Positions 58,757-64,000 of a stretch of DNA of 64,000 bases are shown piece after piece (the first letter of the stretch is position 1; each line of letters starts with the position of its first letter). A program made the translations under genes and the position numbers. The notes beneath the pieces were generated by a model. The model made no database searches and had not been told where the DNA came from. It was given only the letters and a program-made list of their open reading frames with translations. The stretch is from Marinicella sp. (lineage in GTDB: Bacteria; Pseudomonadota; Gammaproteobacteria; Xanthomonadales; Marinicellaceae), in contig OZ246001.1 of the NCBI GenBank assembly GCA_965230295.1, forward strand, positions 3,072,001 through 3,136,000, written 5' to 3'.

Positions 58757-59554
58757 ATGAAATTTAACACCTTGGCACCCAAGACCACCCAAGTTGGTGA
58801 CATATTGCGGTTTTGGCGGCATCAAAAAAGAATCAGTCAAATGGATCTGGCCATGGACATCGGCATCTCAACACGTCACCTGAGTTTTTTAGAGAATGGT
58901 AAATCGCTGCCGAGCAAAGAAATGGTGCTGTACCTGGGGCAAGCCTTGCAATTGCCATACCGTCAGCAAAACAGTCTGTTGTTGGCGGCCGGCTTCGCAC
59001 CGCAGTTCAAAGAACAAAACCTGGATAGCGATGAATTGCAAGTGGTGCATCAAGCCTTACAACAGCTCCTGAAAAACCACGACCCGTTGCCCGCATTGGT
59101 GATTAACAGCCGTTACGATATCCTAATGCACAACACCGGCTATGAATCGTTTATTGCGGCTTTGTTAGGAGAGCATATACTGTCAGAATATTCCAATGCA
59201 TTGGAGCTGTTCTTTGCTGAAGATGGTTTAAAGCCCCACATCAAAAACTGGCAAGTGGCGGCTCCAATGTTGTACACCAGAGTTTGTGAAGAAGCTTTCA
59301 GTACACAAGATCCTTGGCTGCTGGATTGGGTGAACTCAGTGGACTTTGACATGCCTGCTGAAGGACTTGGTCAGGTCATGAATTATGGTTTGCCCATGTT
59401 CACATTAGAGTTATCAATCAATGGACAAATAGGTCGATTTTTCACCACCATAGCAACGATCGGTACGCCTTTGGATTTAACCACTCAAGAAATCAGGTTG
59501 GAAATGTTGTATCCAGCTGATACAGCCACCCAAAGTTTGTTCAAATCAACTTGA
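58757..59554 (+). CDS. XRE HTH regulator with MmyB-like ligand-binding domain
   Basis: WR..KRISQMDLA..ISTRHLSFLENGKS, LLAAGFAP, TIGTPLDLT.QE.RLE..YPAD. Confidence 0.85.
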   Translation: MKFNTLAPKTTQVGDILRFWRHQKRISQMDLAMDIGISTRHLSFLENGKSLPSKEMVLYLGQALQLPYRQQNSLLLAAGFAPQFKEQNLDSDELQVVHQALQQLLKNHDPLPALVINSRYDILMHNTGYESFIAALLGEHILSEYSNALELFFAEDGLKPHIKNWQVAAPMLYTRVCEEAFSTQDPWLLDWVNSVDFDMPAEGLGQVMNYGLPMFTLELSINGQIGRFFTTIATIGTPLDLTTQEIRLEMLYPADTATQSLFKST

Positions 59555-61153
59555 TCAGACTTTCAAAGTTTCTGTGGTGTTGTGGAATCTGATGTCTGGA
59601 TGACGTTCCTGTGCCAACTGTAAATTAACCATAGAGGGGGCCAAATAGACCAGGTGCCCATGGGCATCATTGGCCAGGTAAGTTTCATTTTTGTTTCTGA
59701 ATTGTTGCATTTTCTTCTCGTCATCTGAATCAACCCAGTAAGCCGTTCTGGTTTCTACATTTTCAAAAATGGCTTCCACGTTGTACTCACGTTTCAAACG
59801 GTATGCAACGACTTCAAATTGCAACACACCCACTGCACCCAAAATCAATTCATTACTGACCAATGGTTTGAAAAACTGAGTGGCACCTTCTTCTGACAAC
59901 TGAGCCAAGCCTTTTTGTAAGGCTTTGAGTTTCAATGGGTCTTTCAAGCGTGCTCTGCGAAACAACTCTGGTGCGAAACTGGGAATGCCAGTGAATTGCA
60001 TGATCTCACCTTCACTGAAAGAATCGCCAATACTGATGGTGCCGTGGTTGTGAATGCCAATGATGTCCCCTGGGTAAGCGTGTTCAACATGTTCTCTTTG
60101 TTCGGCCAGAAAGGTCAGGGCATTGGGAATTTTCACGTCTTTTTCGGTGCGTGAATTTTTCAGTTTCATACCTTGGCTGAATACCCCGGAACAGATGCGC
60201 ATAAAGGCCACACGATCGCGGTGATTGGGATCCATGTTGGCTTGAATTTTGAATACAAAGCCTGAGCATTTGTTTTCACTGGGTTCTACAATTCGATCCA
60301 AGGTGGCACGCGGTTGTGGTGCCGGGGCGTGTTCTGCAAACGAATCCAGCAGTGGTTGCACACCGAAGTTGTTAATCGCTGAGCCAAAAAACACCGGTGA
60401 CAAATCACCTTTTAAATAAGCATCCAGATCAAACTTATTGGAAGCACCTTCAACCAATTCAATCTCTTCCCTGAAATCATCGGCCGCTGTACCCAGTGCT
60501 TCATCCAATTCTTTGGAATCCAAGCCTTTGATGATGATGGCTTCCTGGGTCTCGTAGTTTTTGCCTGCCTCATACAGCATCACTTCGTCATTAATGAAAT
60601 GATATACCCCTTTGAGCCTCTTACCCATGCCAATGGGCCATGTAATGGGCGCACATTTTATTTTTAAGACATCTTCTACCTCATCCAACAAGTCGATGGG
60701 GTCTTTTCCTTCACGATCGAGCTTGTTGATAAAGGTGTAAATTGGGGTGGTGCGTAAGCGACATACCTCCATCAACTTGATGGTTCGTTCCTCTACACCT
60801 TTGGCACAGTCAATCACCATCAAAGCAGAATCAACAGCGGTCAAAGTGCGATAGGTGTCTTCAGAGAAGTCGGCATGACCTGGTGTATCCAGCAGGTTCA
60901 TGGTGCGGCCCTTATAGGGGAATTGCATGATGGAAGAGGTGATTGAAATACCCCGTTCCTGTTCCATCGCCATCCAATCAGAAGTGGCGTGGCGATCGGC
61001 TTTTCTTGATTTAACAGAACCAGCAACCTGAATGGCTCCACCAAACAACAGAATTTTTTCGGTGATGGTGGTTTTACCCGCATCAGGATGCGAAATGATG
61101 GCAAATGTCCTGCGGTTTAAGTATTCAGGTTTGCCTGTGTTTTGATCAGCCAT
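59555..61153 (-). CDS. prfC: Peptide chain release factor 3
   Basis: [43 protein letters not shown]. Confidence 0.98.
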   Translation of the reverse strand: MADQNTGKPEYLNRRTFAIISHPDAGKTTITEKILLFGGAIQVAGSVKSRKADRHATSDWMAMEQERGISITSSIMQFPYKGRTMNLLDTPGHADFSEDTYRTLTAVDSALMVIDCAKGVEERTIKLMEVCRLRTTPIYTFINKLDREGKDPIDLLDEVEDVLKIKCAPITWPIGMGKRLKGVYHFINDEVMLYEAGKNYETQEAIIIKGLDSKELDEALGTAADDFREEIELVEGASNKFDLDAYLKGDLSPVFFGSAINNFGVQPLLDSFAEHAPAPQPRATLDRIVEPSENKCSGFVFKIQANMDPNHRDRVAFMRICSGVFSQGMKLKNSRTEKDVKIPNALTFLAEQREHVEHAYPGDIIGIHNHGTISIGDSFSEGEIMQFTGIPSFAPELFRRARLKDPLKLKALQKGLAQLSEEGATQFFKPLVSNELILGAVGVLQFEVVAYRLKREYNVEAIFENVETRTAYWVDSDDEKKMQQFRNKNETYLANDAHGHLVYLAPSMVNLQLAQERHPDIRFHNTTETLKV

Positions 61154-61207
61154 GGTGTGGAGCGCCCCATTAAATTAAGGGGCGCATTTTACACCATTGG
61201 TTCGCGA

Positions 61208-63511
61208 TTAAAAAGTCAATCTAAAGCCAGCAGAGATGCTGCGACCAGGGCGAGGTGCAAGATCTTTGATGAATGAGGCGTGATCGCGGATTTCTTCATC
61301 CAATAAGTTTGAAGCTTTGATGAATACCAAGGTTTCAAATTGGTCAGTGTAGTGTGTCCAATTGACGCTCAAGTCCAATAAGTCATAGCCTTCAGTAGGC
61401 AACTCAAATGGCGCCAAAGTGGATTGTCTGCCCACATGGGTGTGATCCAGAGAAGCAGACCAGGCACCTCGCATCCAATCAATGTTCACACCGAAACGCT
61501 CGGCAGGAATGCGTGGTACATTTTCGCCGGTATTCAATTCGGCTTCTGTCATATCAGCAAACACACGGAATGCCCAATGGTTGTTGTATGAATCTGAAAA
61601 TTCATAACCCAAGTCTGTTTCGAACCCCATGAAAGTACTGTTTTGTTGTGTATATTCAAAGATGGGTGTTTCTTCTTCCTCTAAACCAGTGTCTCGCAAA
61701 AAGATTAAATCATCAATTTGGTTGTAGAAGAAAGACAGGTTGAAAGTCAAACCATCTTTACGGTAACGCAAACCCAAATCCAAGTTGTTGGCGGTTTCAT
61801 GGGTTAAATTTGGATTACCAATTTCAATGGTTGAAGTGGCCAAATGGGGCACCAACTCTCCGCCACCTGATTGGTTAGAGAATAATTCTTCTGCAGTGGC
61901 CAAGCGTTGAGCAGATGATAGGTTTACAGGTATAGTCCAATGTTCATTCAAATCAAAAGTGGCTCCTAATGAAACGCTCAAGGCAGAGTCATCAATATCA
62001 TTAAACAATGCTGTGTTGACAGATTGGTCATCATACCGCAAACCAAATTCAGCATGCCAACTGTCAAAATCCCTTTCTTCAATTAGGAACAGGCTCCAAA
62101 TTTGAGTGTCAGAAGGCAGGATGTATGCTTCTTCACCAACAGCTGAAAAATCACGGTTTGAAAATTGAACACCCCAAACGCCTTCAAACCCATTGAGGTG
62201 GTTGTGGCTTAACTCGAGCCTGAATTCATCGGCTTCGTTGTCAAATACAGTTCCAATTTCATCACCTTCTAATTCGATGTGTTGATAGTCTGTGTTTGAA
62301 TAGTGTGTTCTTAATTGGCTGATAAAACCATTGTCATCAAAACGGTGTAATCCGCGGATGTTGAAAACCGATTTATCTAAGTCAATGCGAACAATTTCTT
62401 CTTCCTCTTCCTCTTCATCGGCGCCATGATCGTCATCATGATGGTCATCTTCGTGGCCATGTTCATGGCCTGGGATTCCATAATTGCGATCAAAATCAGA
62501 ATATGAAACGCCCCAATACCCATTGTCGTTGAAGAATGAAAAACCGACATTGAAACCGTTAGAATCAATTGAAGAATTTTCTAGCAAACCAGTGGCTTCT
62601 TCCTCTTCTTCCTCGTCATCATCATGACCTTCAGAGTCATGCAAGATTTCTGATTCAGCAGATCCTGGAATTTCATAGTCATCAGTTTGGCTGTCAAAGT
62701 AACTGAAATGGCCTGCAAATTGCTCATTGAAACCAAAATTCAAGGACAATACACCCGCACGCTCGCCTATGGCACTGTCAGAGAAGCGGCCTTCAATACC
62801 ACCGGTCAATCCATCAATGGGTTGGGTCGGTATGATTTCATCAACCACATTCACCAAGCCACCAACAGCACCTCCACCATACAACAAGGTGGCTGGCCCT
62901 TTTAAAACTTCGACTTGTTTGGCCAACAAAGGCTCAGAAGTGATCCAGTGATCAGGTGATACGGCTGCTGCATCTTGTACCGTGATGTTGTTGTTCAGTA
63001 CCAGGACGCGAGGGCCTTGTTGGCCACGGATTACAATTTGACCAGCCCCCAGTCCAAAACTGCCTGAATTCACACCACTGATTTGGGTCAGGGTTTGGTC
63101 GAGAGACAATCCTCGGTCGACCACCAAATCCTCTTCAGTCAGAATAGTCACTGGAGTGGTCATTTCTAACTGGCTTTTGTCTAACGGATTAGCAGTGACT
63201 ACCAATTCTTCGAGATTGGTTTCATCGATGTTGAGTGTCAGGGCTTCTCCATCATGATTGATCATGGTGTGGAAGTGGATGTTATTGGATGCCTCAACAT
63301 CCAATTCGTATTCACCGAAAGGTAAATCAGCGAATGAAAACTCACCTTGTTGGTTGGTGGTTACTGGGGGACGATCTGCGCCCTTGAGTTTAATCAATGC
63401 ACCAGCGATATTTTGGTCCTGGGTATTGATCAGGCGTCCATTAAGGTCGCCGTTATTTTGTGCAAATGCAACGCTGGAAAAAATTGTTACCAGCAGTAAT
63501 AAATATTTCAT
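61208..63511 (-). CDS. TonB-dependent metal receptor, ZnuD-like, with N-terminal carboxypeptidase-regulatory-like domain
   Basis: SPDH, EVLKGPATLLYGGGAVGG, His/acidic loop GHEHGHEDDHHDDDH, HASFIKDLAP, C-terminal F. Confidence 0.9.
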   Translation of the reverse strand: MKYLLLLVTIFSSVAFAQNNGDLNGRLINTQDQNIAGALIKLKGADRPPVTTNQQGEFSFADLPFGEYELDVEASNNIHFHTMINHDGEALTLNIDETNLEELVVTANPLDKSQLEMTTPVTILTEEDLVVDRGLSLDQTLTQISGVNSGSFGLGAGQIVIRGQQGPRVLVLNNNITVQDAAAVSPDHWITSEPLLAKQVEVLKGPATLLYGGGAVGGLVNVVDEIIPTQPIDGLTGGIEGRFSDSAIGERAGVLSLNFGFNEQFAGHFSYFDSQTDDYEIPGSAESEILHDSEGHDDDEEEEEEATGLLENSSIDSNGFNVGFSFFNDNGYWGVSYSDFDRNYGIPGHEHGHEDDHHDDDHGADEEEEEEEIVRIDLDKSVFNIRGLHRFDDNGFISQLRTHYSNTDYQHIELEGDEIGTVFDNEADEFRLELSHNHLNGFEGVWGVQFSNRDFSAVGEEAYILPSDTQIWSLFLIEERDFDSWHAEFGLRYDDQSVNTALFNDIDDSALSVSLGATFDLNEHWTIPVNLSSAQRLATAEELFSNQSGGGELVPHLATSTIEIGNPNLTHETANNLDLGLRYRKDGLTFNLSFFYNQIDDLIFLRDTGLEEEETPIFEYTQQNSTFMGFETDLGYEFSDSYNNHWAFRVFADMTEAELNTGENVPRIPAERFGVNIDWMRGAWSASLDHTHVGRQSTLAPFELPTEGYDLLDLSVNWTHYTDQFETLVFIKASNLLDEEIRDHASFIKDLAPRPGRSISAGFRLTF

Positions 63512-63622
63512 GTTCAACTCTCATCATTTTAGACTGTAATCAGCCCATATCAAATAAACCTGCTACTGCCATAACAATACGGAAAGTCTATAAGCAGAAC
63601 CAGGGGGTTCGTTCTTTGTGGT

Positions 63623-63898
63623 TTAAATGAATGAGAATTGAGGAGGTCCCCGAATGGGGTCATTATCTTGGTTTGTGACATCAACAAATGATTTGATCCA
63701 CAGTTCATTGATTTGATTGGCGTTAAGGACTCGCAGTTGTGGCTTGTCATCTATTGAAATCAAGCCATCGTCCATAGCCTTGCCATACAAACAAACTTCA
63801 CAAACAGCATCGTCGTGTACAGTCACTTCATGTGCCAAATGGGCACTGAGCGACAACACAAAAATAAAAGTAAAAATATGTAGCCATTTGTGGGTCAT
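63623..63898 (-). CDS. DUF2946/CruR-like small protein with CxxC and RGPP motif
   Basis: Hydrophobic N-terminus, HLAH..H, CEVC, C-terminal IRGPP, directly upstream of the receptor. Confidence 0.75.
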   Translation of the reverse strand: MTHKWLHIFTFIFVLSLSAHLAHEVTVHDDAVCEVCLYGKAMDDGLISIDDKPQLRVLNANQINELWIKSFVDVTNQDNDPIRGPPQFSFI

Positions 63899-64000
63899 CG
63901 CCACATTATAGGCTGGCACAGACAGATATCAATAGGTAAGAAGTATAATTTTAAGTGGTTTTTAACACTTCAAACCACCCACAACGACTCAGTAATGGGT

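Noticed and set aside
62390-62640. Low-complexity TCT/TCA runs as simple repeats
   Set aside because: They encode the His/Asp/Glu loops of the ZnuD-like receptor.

Overview
Core-genome window of a moderately AT-rich gammaproteobacterium; gene content and order suggest a Xanthomonadales/Marinicella-like marine organism (inference). Coding content: partial alginate-export-like porin; MipA-DUF3019-RstAB-like operon; SIMPL protein; sdaA, glutaredoxin-like, radA; a REP-flanked GIY-YIG nuclease; a BigR/SqrR-like ArsR divergent from an MMPL/LolA-like/OM-barrel operon; two TonB-dependent receptors; a lipid catabolism cluster; acyl-CoA-binding protein and fatty acyl-CoA reductase; exbBD-msbA-lpxK-kdsB; alaS-csrA; nine tRNAs; tig-clpP-clpX-lon-hupB-ppiD; two amidohydrolases; prfC. 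The most interesting signals are non-coding. (1) A REP-GIY-YIG-REP unit plus an internally deleted non-autonomous copy. (2) Four copies of a variable-length modular hairpin element. (3) RtT-like repeats around tRNA-Ser directly after csrA, rich in loop GGA motifs, including a 5' half-tRNA copy split by a four-hairpin insert. (4) Three RstA boxes. (5) A CxxC/RGPP arrest-peptide-like uORF before a ZnuD-like receptor. All calls are by eye; no searches were run.
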